Source: Actinomycetota bacterium
GTDB taxonomy: Bacteria; Actinomycetota; Humimicrobiia; Humimicrobiales; Humimicrobiaceae
Reading direction: 5' to 3'
Assembly: GCA_028697935.1 (NCBI GenBank)
Contig: JAQVEM010000001.1
Span: 2,475 to 42,417, forward strand
DNA: 39,943 bases
Below are positions 1 to 9,167 of the stretch, piece after piece. The first letter of the stretch is position 1. Every line of letters starts with the position of its first letter. The notes beneath the pieces were generated by a model. That model was given only the letters and a program-made list of their open reading frames with translations. It ran no database searches and was not told where the DNA came from. The position numbers and the translations under genes were made by a program.

Positions 1-110
1 AGTTTAAAGTACTTTAATATAAATTAGATCCTCTTACCTTTTTAATTAATCTATGAATTTTAGGGTAGGTATAATATAACAAATTTATATTATTTTGAAT
101 ATTCTTATTA
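1..110 (+). repeat. AT-rich core module M1, copy 1 (left side cut by window edge)
   Basis: By eye about 95% identical to 10397-10506 (same orientation) and to the reverse complement of 27991-28103. It is followed by an ATCTGCG-type array, as in the other copies. Confidence 0.85.
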
Positions 111-119
111 AAGTAAAAA

Positions 120-149
120 ATCTGCGTAATCAGCGAAATCTGCGTGAAA
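120..149 (+). repeat. Phased 7-mer array, ATCTGCG dialect (atctgcgtaatcagcgaaatctgcgtgaaa)
   Basis: Three 7-mers (ATCTGCG / ATCAGCG / ATCTGCG) spaced about 9-10 bp apart, ending in GTGAAA. The same unit recurs more than 15 times in the window in both orientations. Confidence 0.9.
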
Positions 150-240
150 TAACTTGAGCTAATTAATTAATTTAAAAGTTATAAAATTTAGCTAAAAACA
201 TTAATGCATAGTAAAAGAACATATCTTTAATTATAAATTT
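150..240 (+). repeat. AT-rich core module M2, copy 1
   Basis: By eye about 90% identical to the reverse complement of 25285-25376, including the flanking array types. Confidence 0.8.
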
Positions 241-242
241 TT

Positions 243-420
243 ATCTGTGATATCTGTGCTATCTGTGAGAGGTTAACAAAAAATCTGTGATATCTGTGCT
301 ATCTGTGAGAGACCTTATCTGTGTAATCTGTGTAATCTGTGAGAGGTTAACAAAAAATCTGTGATATCTGTGCTATCTGTGAGAGACCTTATCTGTGATA
401 TCTGTGCAATCTGTGAGAGG
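243..420 (+). repeat. Tandem array of five ATCTGTG-dialect triplet units (higher-order period 74 bp, about 2.4 copies)
   Basis: Five units of (t)atctgtg x3 plus agag, with alternating spacers gttaacaaaaa and acct. Odd-numbered units start at 243, 317 and 391, giving a 74-bp period. All units have the same orientation. Confidence 0.9.
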
Positions 421-450
421 TTAAAAAATTATAATTAAAAGATATTAACA

Positions 451-1404
451 TTAGTATTGCGAATAATTTGGTTGATTATTTATAATAAGCTCCCTAACTT
501 CTTCCCGATAATCCTTGGCTTGTTTGCCTAGAACTATCCGCTTAATCTTATCCGCCTTACTTTCCAATAATAATTTACTTACAATATATGTTAAACTACC
601 GTTGGTTTCAATTACCATACGCGGAATGCTTAAAGGATTATTCTCCTTGGTAAATGACTTATTTTTTATAGAAAAAGCAAGTTTAATATCCATTGTTTTT
701 AATACATCCATCTCCCTTTCCCCAAAATCAAGTGATGGTATTCCGTTTGGGTAAGCAAAATACTTGACCTGCGTACCTAGCATATCACTTAGTTCTAATA
801 TTGATGATTGGATTTCGTATCGGCTAGTTTGTTCTGTTTCATTTGCTAATATAGGATGGTTTTGAGTATGAGCACCAATTGCTACTAAACCGGAATCGTA
901 CACTTCTTTTAATTCACTTTCACTCATATATGCACCCTGCTCTTCACCTATATGCATAAATAATCGGTATTCATTAATCAGTTCCCAAATTTGCTCCAGT
1001 GTTAAAGAGTTCAATATGGTAATCAATGGTATCTTGGGATTTAGTTGCTTTAAATAGGGATATTTTTTATAAATAATAAATCGGAAAACTTCTTGGTTAT
1101 AATGGCTTCTTTCTTGAAACCAAAAATTTTTACCTGATTTAATGATTTGAGGCGAAACATAGATAGAAACCGGAATTTGATGTTTTTTTATTAAAGGAAA
1201 GGCAATAGTATAAAAGCTTCTATCTCCATCATCAAAAGTAATATGACAGCAAATATGCAATTCTTTTCCCTTATAATAATAATCTTCTATATCTTCAAGA
1301 GAAACTATATTATAGATATTTTTGAGTAAAAGAAAAACCCTTTCCATCCACTTGCTATCCCAAACTTTATGGAAATTAATAATCATATTAGGAAATAGTT
1401 TCAT
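451..1404 (-). CDS. Polysaccharide deacetylase (NodB / CE4 family)
   Basis: 317-aa ORF with the NodB signature ITFDDGDRSFY (TFDDG motif) and a downstream GAHTQNHP histidine motif. It sits in a polysaccharide locus. Confidence 0.8.
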   Translation of the reverse strand: MKLFPNMIINFHKVWDSKWMERVFLLLKNIYNIVSLEDIEDYYYKGKELHICCHITFDDGDRSFYTIAFPLIKKHQIPVSIYVSPQIIKSGKNFWFQERSHYNQEVFRFIIYKKYPYLKQLNPKIPLITILNSLTLEQIWELINEYRLFMHIGEEQGAYMSESELKEVYDSGLVAIGAHTQNHPILANETEQTSRYEIQSSILELSDMLGTQVKYFAYPNGIPSLDFGEREMDVLKTMDIKLAFSIKNKSFTKENNPLSIPRMVIETNGSLTYIVSKLLLESKADKIKRIVLGKQAKDYREEVRELIINNQPNYSQY

Positions 1405-1656
1405 TTCGTTGGCTTCAATTTATATTATGTAATTATAACTCTGTAAAACAAATAATAATTAGGAATAAATTATATAGAGATTGACTTTATTATTATATAT
1501 TAGCAATATGGTTTTTTTACGCCTTTCCCATTAATCAGATAAATTCAAAAGAAACAAATGATTTTTTTTATATTCCCCCTTTTTCTGTTATAATCAGAGA
1601 TACCCAGAAAAAAGTAGAATTACTCTGCAAGTAAATAACACTTTTATAAATAAAAG

Positions 1657-2976
1657 TCAAATAAGGTTGTTAATAACAGGTCTATATTTTCCAGATTTTG
1701 AATTTGGAATATCTTTTTCTTGAATAAACTCAATATTAACATTTCCAATGCGATTTCTTATATTATCTCCAATGATATTCTTTTCATCAGAAGACAATTC
1801 ATCAGCAACATAATGGAATTCAATAGTATCACGAGAATTTTGAATTACTTGAAATTTTCGTAAATCGCGTCTTTCTGCTATATTACTATCAAATATTAAA
1901 TGCCAAAAATAAGCCCAATGCAAATATTCTCCATTTAAACCAATAATATAATCGCATTCTCTACCCAATATTTTTCCAATTAATCGGTGAGCTCTGCCAC
2001 AACTACATTTTTCTGACTTTATGATGAGTTGATCGGCATTATAATATCTGATAAAAGGCATAGAATAATTATTAAGATCCGTACATATCAGATTATTATT
2101 TTCATCAGTCTCAACAATAACATTCTCTTCAGTAATATGCAATCCTTCATGACTACTACATTCAAATGCTATTCCTTCAATTTCTCCACAACCATATTGA
2201 TCATAAGATTCTGAACCTAAAACTTTTTTAAATAATTTTCTATGCTCTTCCAATATGGGCTCAGCAGTTGTCATTATAATTGGTACTTTACATCTAATGC
2301 CTCTTCTTTCCATAATACAGCATAAATTATACAAATATTGAGGATAGCCCCTTATAAGTTTGATATCCTGTTTAATTAAGGTAGATATTATTTTATTCAC
2401 TACATCTTCTTCAGTATCGTAAGGGTTAAAAACAATTGAATTTTCTAGATAATAAATAACCTTATATTTTAAATCGTTAATTTTAGATTTAAGATTATGT
2501 TTATGGATTACATGACCACCCATTAATCTTAATAATTTCTCACCTGTTTTAAATCCCATCCAATCTTCAAATCTTTTATATGCTCCCCATGTATGACTTC
2601 TTGAATTTGCATCATTCCTTTTCATTAATATGTTACCTGTTGTACCTCCAGTCTGACTAATTTTTACACCTTTTATTTTCTTCAAGTTGACAGGAGTGAA
2701 GTCATTATAATTAACTTTAATAATTTCTTTTGTAATAATTGGAAATTCCTTTAATATATCAAGAGATTTAATATCGGATGGAATCATATCTATTTTCTTC
2801 ATATAATTTCTATAATAAGGAACATTTTCATAACAATGATATATTAGACTTCTTAACTTATTAAGTTGAATTTCCTTTAATTCTGACTGAGAAAACCATT
2901 GACTTTCTTTAAATTCTAAATATCTTTTGTATACATTTTTACCTGACAGAATGTCTGCGATTTTTGTAGTATCCAT
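1657..2976 (-). CDS. CapK-like / phenylacetate-CoA ligase (coenzyme F390 synthetase) family adenylate-forming enzyme
   Basis: 439-aa ORF with the adenylation motif SQTGGTTGN. Size and layout are typical of PaaK/CapK-like proteins of capsule loci. It is a paralogue of 3158..4501. Confidence 0.7.
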   Translation of the reverse strand: MDTTKIADILSGKNVYKRYLEFKESQWFSQSELKEIQLNKLRSLIYHCYENVPYYRNYMKKIDMIPSDIKSLDILKEFPIITKEIIKVNYNDFTPVNLKKIKGVKISQTGGTTGNILMKRNDANSRSHTWGAYKRFEDWMGFKTGEKLLRLMGGHVIHKHNLKSKINDLKYKVIYYLENSIVFNPYDTEEDVVNKIISTLIKQDIKLIRGYPQYLYNLCCIMERRGIRCKVPIIMTTAEPILEEHRKLFKKVLGSESYDQYGCGEIEGIAFECSSHEGLHITEENVIVETDENNNLICTDLNNYSMPFIRYYNADQLIIKSEKCSCGRAHRLIGKILGRECDYIIGLNGEYLHWAYFWHLIFDSNIAERRDLRKFQVIQNSRDTIEFHYVADELSSDEKNIIGDNIRNRIGNVNIEFIQEKDIPNSKSGKYRPVINNLI

Positions 2977-3157
2977 AATCTACTCCTTAATTATGTTAAA
3001 TAATAAATTATTATATAGTTACAAGACCTATAAAATAGCTATTTAATGTAGTTAGGCTTAAACGGAATTTAATTTGTTATTGTAATCATTAATTTATGAT
3101 CAATATCGTAATAATACGAAATAAATAGGGGAGGAATTCAACACAATGGGCAAACTA

Positions 3158-4501
3158 TTAGATAGAATTTGAATTAAGAGTAGAGTCAATAAAATATTTT
3201 CTTTTGCCCGATTTTGCAAGGTAGGGAGATTCTGTCTCTTTTATAGTTATTTTAATGTCAGGACCAGCTTGTTTATTTAAGGTACTCAAAATTAAATCAT
3301 CATAAAATGAATTATAATTATTTAATTTAATTAACCAACATACAAGTTCATAATCACTTATCTTTTCTAGGCAATAATACTCTACAGGAATATCTTTAAA
3401 AAGGATAGTAAAACCTGGACCTGTTAATACTCTCCTATTTCCTAAAGTAATTATATCTGAAGTTCTACCTAACACACTATTAATTATTTGTCCATTATAT
3501 TGATAGGATTTATTTATATCATCATCTATGATTATATTGTCACCGACTTGATAATTAATTAAAGGTGTAGCTATATTAAATAAGTCAGTTAACAATGCCT
3601 CCCCTGAATTATTATCACCCTTTTCTTTTAATCTTACAATACTGTTATAACCCACTTCATAAAAACCAGGCACATCAGAAAATGCACATATTCCTCCATC
3701 ATTAGCACCATAACAATCCATAATATTACAATTAAAAGCCTCCTGAATAGTCTTACGATAATTATCAGTCAGTACTTCTGAAGTAGGAAAGCAACATTTA
3801 ATTTTTAAATTTATATTATTTTTTATTACATATTTGGCTAATAGATAAAGTGATGAAGCATAACCATATAAAAAATGAATATGCTTTTTCTTTATCAAGT
3901 CTACATATGATGCACAAGTTTCATCTGACATATTTATACCGTTTACAGCAATTTTCCCCTTTAATCTATAATAAATTATATGCTTAAATGAAGATTTGTG
4001 TTCTACATATAAAGAACTACTTCCTAATGCTAAAAATGGATCTGAATATCTATACCCCATTTTCTCCCAATTATACCAAGTATCAGCATTAATAAAACTC
4101 CAGGAATCATAACTTTGATAATAAGCTGATGGATTTCCAGTTGAACCCCCTGTATGACCTTTTATATGAGGAATATTATTAATCTGTTTAGAGATAAATT
4201 GGGGGAATTTATCCCGAAGCGTATTCTTTGTTAAAATAGGTATATATTTAAGGTCATTAATGTTTTTAATATCTGATGGCACTATATTATTTTCAGCAAA
4301 TAAATTTTTATAATAATCTGTATTTCTATAAGCATATTCAATTAGCTGAGTTAATTTTTTATTCTGCCATTCAGCTATTTCTGATTTACTCCAACAATTC
4401 ATATCTTTTATTTGATTGTAAAATTTTTTTAAAGATGTGTGCATTAATAAATCTGCAAGTGGAATAAATATATTCTTAATAACATACTTATTATCTATCA
4501 T
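3158..4501 (-). CDS. CapK-like / F390-synthetase-family adenylate-forming enzyme (second paralogue)
   Basis: 447-aa ORF with the motif KGHTGGSTGNP and the same architecture as 1657..2976. Its first ~130 codons are duplicated in decayed form at 5891-6278. Confidence 0.7.
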   Translation of the reverse strand: MIDNKYVIKNIFIPLADLLMHTSLKKFYNQIKDMNCWSKSEIAEWQNKKLTQLIEYAYRNTDYYKNLFAENNIVPSDIKNINDLKYIPILTKNTLRDKFPQFISKQINNIPHIKGHTGGSTGNPSAYYQSYDSWSFINADTWYNWEKMGYRYSDPFLALGSSSLYVEHKSSFKHIIYYRLKGKIAVNGINMSDETCASYVDLIKKKHIHFLYGYASSLYLLAKYVIKNNINLKIKCCFPTSEVLTDNYRKTIQEAFNCNIMDCYGANDGGICAFSDVPGFYEVGYNSIVRLKEKGDNNSGEALLTDLFNIATPLINYQVGDNIIIDDDINKSYQYNGQIINSVLGRTSDIITLGNRRVLTGPGFTILFKDIPVEYYCLEKISDYELVCWLIKLNNYNSFYDDLILSTLNKQAGPDIKITIKETESPYLAKSGKRKYFIDSTLNSNSI

Positions 4502-4542
4502 TATTTTAAACCTCCATATAACTATATATATATATATTTAAT

Positions 4543-5601
4543 TTATTTTAATATATTTAATTTATTATTGATAATATTATTAACATCCTTCATTGTAATA
4601 TTCTTTATATTATTAATTAAATCTTTTTTCATAATAATTCTTTGAATTAACCTATTCTTTTTTAATATGAATTTATATTTTTTTTCATAGTCATTTTTAG
4701 ATAATCCCAAAAAAATATAAAACATCTTTTCATATTTTTTATATATATTATTAAAAATATTTATATCTATTAATGATGGCGTATAATCATCCTTTATGTA
4801 TATTCCTTTTATCTCATATTTTGGTTTCTTGCCCTTTATTATAATAAATTGTATGACCATTCCAATTCTAACATTGTTTTTATATATCATATCAAATATG
4901 AAATTTCCTAAAGAATAACATATTATACCTTGTTTATATTCCATAACTGGTTGAATAACATGAGGATGATGTCCTATTATAATATCTGCACCCGCATCAA
5001 TGAATTCTTTTGTATTTTCAATTTGTTTATAGGAAGGAATATTTATATATTCATTACCCCAATGAAAAACAAGTATTTTACAATCTGCGTTTCCCATCTT
5101 ATTAATACAATTTAGTATTGCTTCACGATTATAATCTTGATATAATTTAGTATTATAAATATCATGAATATCATTAAATGCAGCAATAGATATTTTCATA
5201 TTGTTTTTGTAATAATCATAGATAGTATTTTGATATCTACCTATAATATTAAGTCCATTATTTTGAAGAATATTAATAGTACTATTAAAACCCTCTGGAC
5301 CATATTCTAAAATATGATTATTAGCTATATTAATAACATTTATTCCACAATTTTTGAGAAATTGTATGAAATTTTCATTACCTGCAAATGTCATAGAATC
5401 CTTAAATTCAGAATTCGGTAATATTGGAGCTTCAAGATTAATTAAACCAATATCTGAATTAGCAAATATTTTTAAAAAACTTTCTTGCCAGGGAACACCA
5501 TTATGTTTATTAAAATTGCTAATTATACCCTTCCCTTTATGATATGAAAGATTTGCTGGAAAAACATCTCCTGTTGCAGTTAAAATTACTTTATTTTCCA
5601 T
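4543..5601 (-). CDS. CapA-family (PGA_cap, metallophosphoesterase-like) protein
   Basis: 352-aa ORF with the motifs ANNHILEYG, HWGNEY, GADIIIGHHPHVIQP and YSLGNFIFD, which are characteristic of the CapA family. Confidence 0.8.
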   Translation of the reverse strand: MENKVILTATGDVFPANLSYHKGKGIISNFNKHNGVPWQESFLKIFANSDIGLINLEAPILPNSEFKDSMTFAGNENFIQFLKNCGINVINIANNHILEYGPEGFNSTINILQNNGLNIIGRYQNTIYDYYKNNMKISIAAFNDIHDIYNTKLYQDYNREAILNCINKMGNADCKILVFHWGNEYINIPSYKQIENTKEFIDAGADIIIGHHPHVIQPVMEYKQGIICYSLGNFIFDMIYKNNVRIGMVIQFIIIKGKKPKYEIKGIYIKDDYTPSLIDINIFNNIYKKYEKMFYIFLGLSKNDYEKKYKFILKKNRLIQRIIMKKDLINNIKNITMKDVNNIINNKLNILK

Positions 5602-5602
5602 T

Positions 5603-5890
5603 TTATAATTTTTTACTTATTAAATTATGATATATTTCTGATAGTTTATAGATTTGTCTATCTAAATTGAATTCTTTTTTTAGATATTCTCTGCTCCTTA
5701 ACCCTAAGTTAATTCTTTTTTCTTTATTATTTATAAGTTCTTCCATTTTATTAGCTATTTGCTCTATGCCTCTTTGCCTAACCAAAATGCCCCTTCTACC
5801 AAAATTTAGTACCTCTGGAATACCAGCATGATCAGTTGCAATACAAGGTAATTGCATAGCTTGTGCCTCCGTTAAAACCTCAGCAATCAC
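5603..5890 (-). pseudogene. C-terminal fragment of a GT-B (GT4-like) glycosyltransferase
   Basis: The 95-aa ORF begins with a GTG in the middle of the C-terminal domain (TEAQAMQLPCIATDHAGIPEV, the EX7E region). The N-terminal domain is absent. Its stop abuts the start of the CapA-like gene as an operon junction would. Confidence 0.75.
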
Positions 5891-6278
5891 GACTTTGATA
5901 ATAAGGAGATGGATTTCAAGTTGAATTTCCTGTATGACTTTTTCTATGTGAAATATTATTAATTTGTTTGGAAATAAATTCGGGATATCTATGACGGAGA
6001 ATATTCTTTGTTAAAATAGGTATAAATTTAAAGGCAATAATGTTATTTTAAAATATCTGATGACATTATTTTATTATAATCAAATAAATTTTATAATAAT
6101 CTATATTTCTATAAGCTAATCAATCAGCTGAGTTAATTTTTTTCAGCTATTCAGCTATTTAAGATTTACTCCAGCTAAGCATATCTTTGATTTGATTATA
6201 ATTTTTTAAAAAAGTTTGTATTAACAAATCTGTAGCAGGTAATAATAAATTCTTTACGATATTATATCCTATATTCAT
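5891..6278 (-). pseudogene. Decayed duplicate of the 5' ~130 codons of the CapK-like gene 3158..4501
   Basis: Aligns by eye with 4112-4501, including the ATG (cat at 6276-6278 versus 4499-4501). There are many substitutions and indels, and no ORF of 60 aa or more survives. Confidence 0.8.
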
Positions 6279-6327
6279 AATACGCCTTTATTAATTCTTA
6301 TAAGAAATAGTTGAGTAATAACTATGG

Positions 6328-7470
6328 CTAATTTTCTATATTCAATATAACTTTCTTTTTCTTATTTGAATATGATTTATTTAATGTATTTGAGATAATA
6401 TTAGAGTATATCTCTGCTTGTGCATGAGAAGAATATTTTCGCTCAATGAACTTTTGACAGCGAGTTGACATTGTATTCAATTGATTTGGATTCGTTAATA
6501 AATATTTAATATAATAAACATATTTTTCTATATCTTGATAGTTTTCAACTAAAAATCCGTTATATCTATGTTTAACAGCCTCATTTTGACATCCAACATT
6601 AGATACAATAGGTACACAACCACAAGCCATTGCTTCCAGCATAGCAGTTGATAATCCTTCATTTTGAGAAGGCATTATTATTATTTTCGTCTGTTGATAA
6701 TAATTATAAGTATCTTCTACATAACCTTTTAAAACAATATTATGTTCTAATCCAACATTGTTGATAAGAGATAATGTTGATTTATAAAGATCTCCATCTC
6801 CTAACATAATTGCTTTAATGTCAGGATACAAACGAGATAATGCTTTTACAATCATAACAAATCTGTTAGGACCTTTTAACTCCCTAAAAGTCCCCACAAA
6901 TATTAGATCGATATTTCTATTTTGCTCAATTTTTGAATTGTAAATATTTGTATTTATAGATCCATTAAATGTTGAAATATTAGATGTATCAATTCCATGC
7001 TTAATGATATACTCAGTTACCGTTATACCTTTAGTAGTTACAAAATCAGAATGCCTTAATACATATAAATTGATTTTTTTGCCTAACTTTTTAAATTTTA
7101 AATAAGTTTCTAATTCAGGAAAACCACCTATCATTGAAGTAATACAAATCGATTTTGATATCTTTGCTGCAAGAAAGCCATTCCACCCTTTAGGTACAAG
7201 TTGATAGGCATTAATAACATCTGGATGTAAATAGATTGAATAATAAATTATTTGTAGCAGCTCATATAATCTCCTTAATAATCTAGGGCGAAATATAGTA
7301 CGTGTTAATAAATTGTCTGGAATTGTTATATATTTTACACCTTCAATAGGATCTCCTCTTTTTTCTTTAAAAACATATATTTTGTCAAACAATTTGGTTT
7401 CAATTATCGGAATAAGTTTTGATGTTGTGAGTGTTTTTCCTAAGCGTCCGACTATAACGAATAATATCAC
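6328..7470 (-). CDS. Glycosyltransferase, GT-B fold (family 4-like)
   Basis: 380-aa ORF with the C-terminal signature NEGLSTAMLEAMACGCVPIVSNVG. Confidence 0.8.
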   Translation of the reverse strand: MILFVIVGRLGKTLTTSKLIPIIETKLFDKIYVFKEKRGDPIEGVKYITIPDNLLTRTIFRPRLLRRLYELLQIIYYSIYLHPDVINAYQLVPKGWNGFLAAKISKSICITSMIGGFPELETYLKFKKLGKKINLYVLRHSDFVTTKGITVTEYIIKHGIDTSNISTFNGSINTNIYNSKIEQNRNIDLIFVGTFRELKGPNRFVMIVKALSRLYPDIKAIMLGDGDLYKSTLSLINNVGLEHNIVLKGYVEDTYNYYQQTKIIIMPSQNEGLSTAMLEAMACGCVPIVSNVGCQNEAVKHRYNGFLVENYQDIEKYVYYIKYLLTNPNQLNTMSTRCQKFIERKYSSHAQAEIYSNIISNTLNKSYSNKKKKVILNIEN

Positions 7471-7633
7471 GATAATTCCCTTTTGCGTATATGTAATAAA
7501 TTGATCTGCTCAATATAATCTAAATATTTTTAATATCTCATTTATCATCATAACTCACTAAATTTTTTGATTTTATCCCACCATTATAGGTAAAAATCTA
7601 ACTCTTTGTTAAAGACAATAATTAAAAACATTT

Positions 7634-7792
7634 TTAGACCTCTTGGACTATAATTTCGTTATTTAAAACTATCTTATTCAACCGTTTGTTCTCCATCTCC
7701 AAATTATGCTTTCCACTGGCATCACTAGGCATTTTCCCTCTGATTTTCTTCTTCCATCTTATAAGTTGTGTTCCGATTAATTCCTTTATGAT
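7634..7792 (-). mobile_element. Possible relic of an IS3-family OrfA (HTH / leucine-zipper part)
   Basis: A stop-bounded minus-strand frame reads IIKELIGTQLIRWKKKIRGKMPSDASGKHNLEMENKRLNKIVLNNEIIVQEV. It resembles the ..YRWxKK.. / ..ENxRLKK.. region of IS3 OrfA proteins. It lies in a 560-bp ORF-free gap with no catalytic ORF and no terminal repeats identified. Confidence 0.3.
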
Positions 7793-8033
7793 TTATATAT
7801 GTACATAACTTCGTCACCCAGATCTGATAAATCTAAATATGGGTAAATCTGCTACAAATTTGAAAATAAATCTCTGTAATAAATATTCACAACAGAAAAC
7901 TATGCCAACTAGCTCATGCTGTAAGCAAGAACTTCGTTATTAGAAAAAAGTGCTGTATATTAATATATCACAATTCTGCTTATTTGTCTTGCTGCAAAAA
8001 GGTGAGTTATATAATAGTGTAAGACTATTTTTC

Positions 8034-9110
8034 TTAGCCTCTCTGCTTTTTTAATCCCAAATTATGTAAGATTTTCTTTAATTTTATATTCTTAACTTGA
8101 CTAATAGGTGATTTTCCTCTAAAAAATAAAAAACTAATTATTGAATATATCTTCCTTTCATAAAAGAGATAGGGAGCCCACAATTTATTTAAAAGTGGAT
8201 TATTACTTAATTTGCTTGGTTTAATATTATCATTCAAGGGAACAATTCTATTATTAATTACGGAAATTTTATTGGGATTAATAAAAATAGAATTCTGTGA
8301 AAATTGGGCACAAATAATCAGTCCCTCGTAATTCCTTCTTCTATCTAGATATATTTGTCTATTTTCAAATGTAAGGTCGGAAAAACAAAAATTCCCTAAA
8401 CTATAGAAAATATATTTTCCTCGGTAAATTTCATAAGGCTGGATTGTATGAGAATGATGACCAATAATAATATCAGCTCCAGCATCAATTATTTTATGAG
8501 CAATAGGAATTAATTCTTTATCAGGTAATAAAGCTCCTTCCATTTTACCGCCCCAATGTGGATAGACTATTATATAATCAACTTTGTTTCTAAGATTTGC
8601 AATATCCTGCTCTACTTTTTTTAAATAAAACCAATTTGGTTTAACTTTGGCATCTTCTGGAAGATGAGGATTTGTATCGGGGGTTACATAATTAAGAATA
8701 GCTACACTTATCCCATCTTTTACAAAAATAAATGGAATTTCTTCCATTCCTGTCATTGAAGCGCCAATGTAATTTATATTATTATTTGTCAGAAAATCAA
8801 TAGTTTTTTGAAATCCTTCTTCCAGGTTATCATAAAAATGATTATTCGCCAGACAAGCTAATCCAAGATTAATATCTTTTAAATAGTTTAATGTTTCCAG
8901 TTTAGTTTTAAGCCGTGGTTTCTTTAGTAGATTCTCACCTTGCTTGCTTTCAGCAAAACATTCCAGATTGCCAACAACTAAATCACTATCAGCTAAAACA
9001 TTCCCAATTTCATCAAATGGTTTCTCTCCTTTTTCATACAGTTCATTATATTTAGCATTTAAACTAATGTCTCCGAGAAAAGTTATAAAAATTGTTTTTT
9101 CGCCCATCAT
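8034..9110 (-). CDS. CapA-family (PGA_cap) protein, second paralogue
   Basis: 358-aa ORF with the motifs ANNHFYDNLEEGF, HWGGKMEG, GADIIIGHHSHTIQP and YSLGNFCFSD. Confidence 0.8.
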   Translation of the reverse strand: MMGEKTIFITFLGDISLNAKYNELYEKGEKPFDEIGNVLADSDLVVGNLECFAESKQGENLLKKPRLKTKLETLNYLKDINLGLACLANNHFYDNLEEGFQKTIDFLTNNNINYIGASMTGMEEIPFIFVKDGISVAILNYVTPDTNPHLPEDAKVKPNWFYLKKVEQDIANLRNKVDYIIVYPHWGGKMEGALLPDKELIPIAHKIIDAGADIIIGHHSHTIQPYEIYRGKYIFYSLGNFCFSDLTFENRQIYLDRRRNYEGLIICAQFSQNSIFINPNKISVINNRIVPLNDNIKPSKLSNNPLLNKLWAPYLFYERKIYSIISFLFFRGKSPISQVKNIKLKKILHNLGLKKQRG

Positions 9111-9167
9111 AAATATATTAACCTCGTTCTCTACTCATTGTCTGTACAAAAATTATGTTAGTTTTCA

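Noticed and set aside
243-420. CRISPR array. This applies to the regularly spaced short repeats here and at 9813-10555, 25127-26120 and 27079-28225.
   Set aside because: The repeat units are 7-mers phased at 9-10 bp within ~30-nt blocks, far shorter than CRISPR repeats. The spacers are either a few nucleotides long or are themselves repeated modules. The arrays occur in both orientations, and no cas genes are present.
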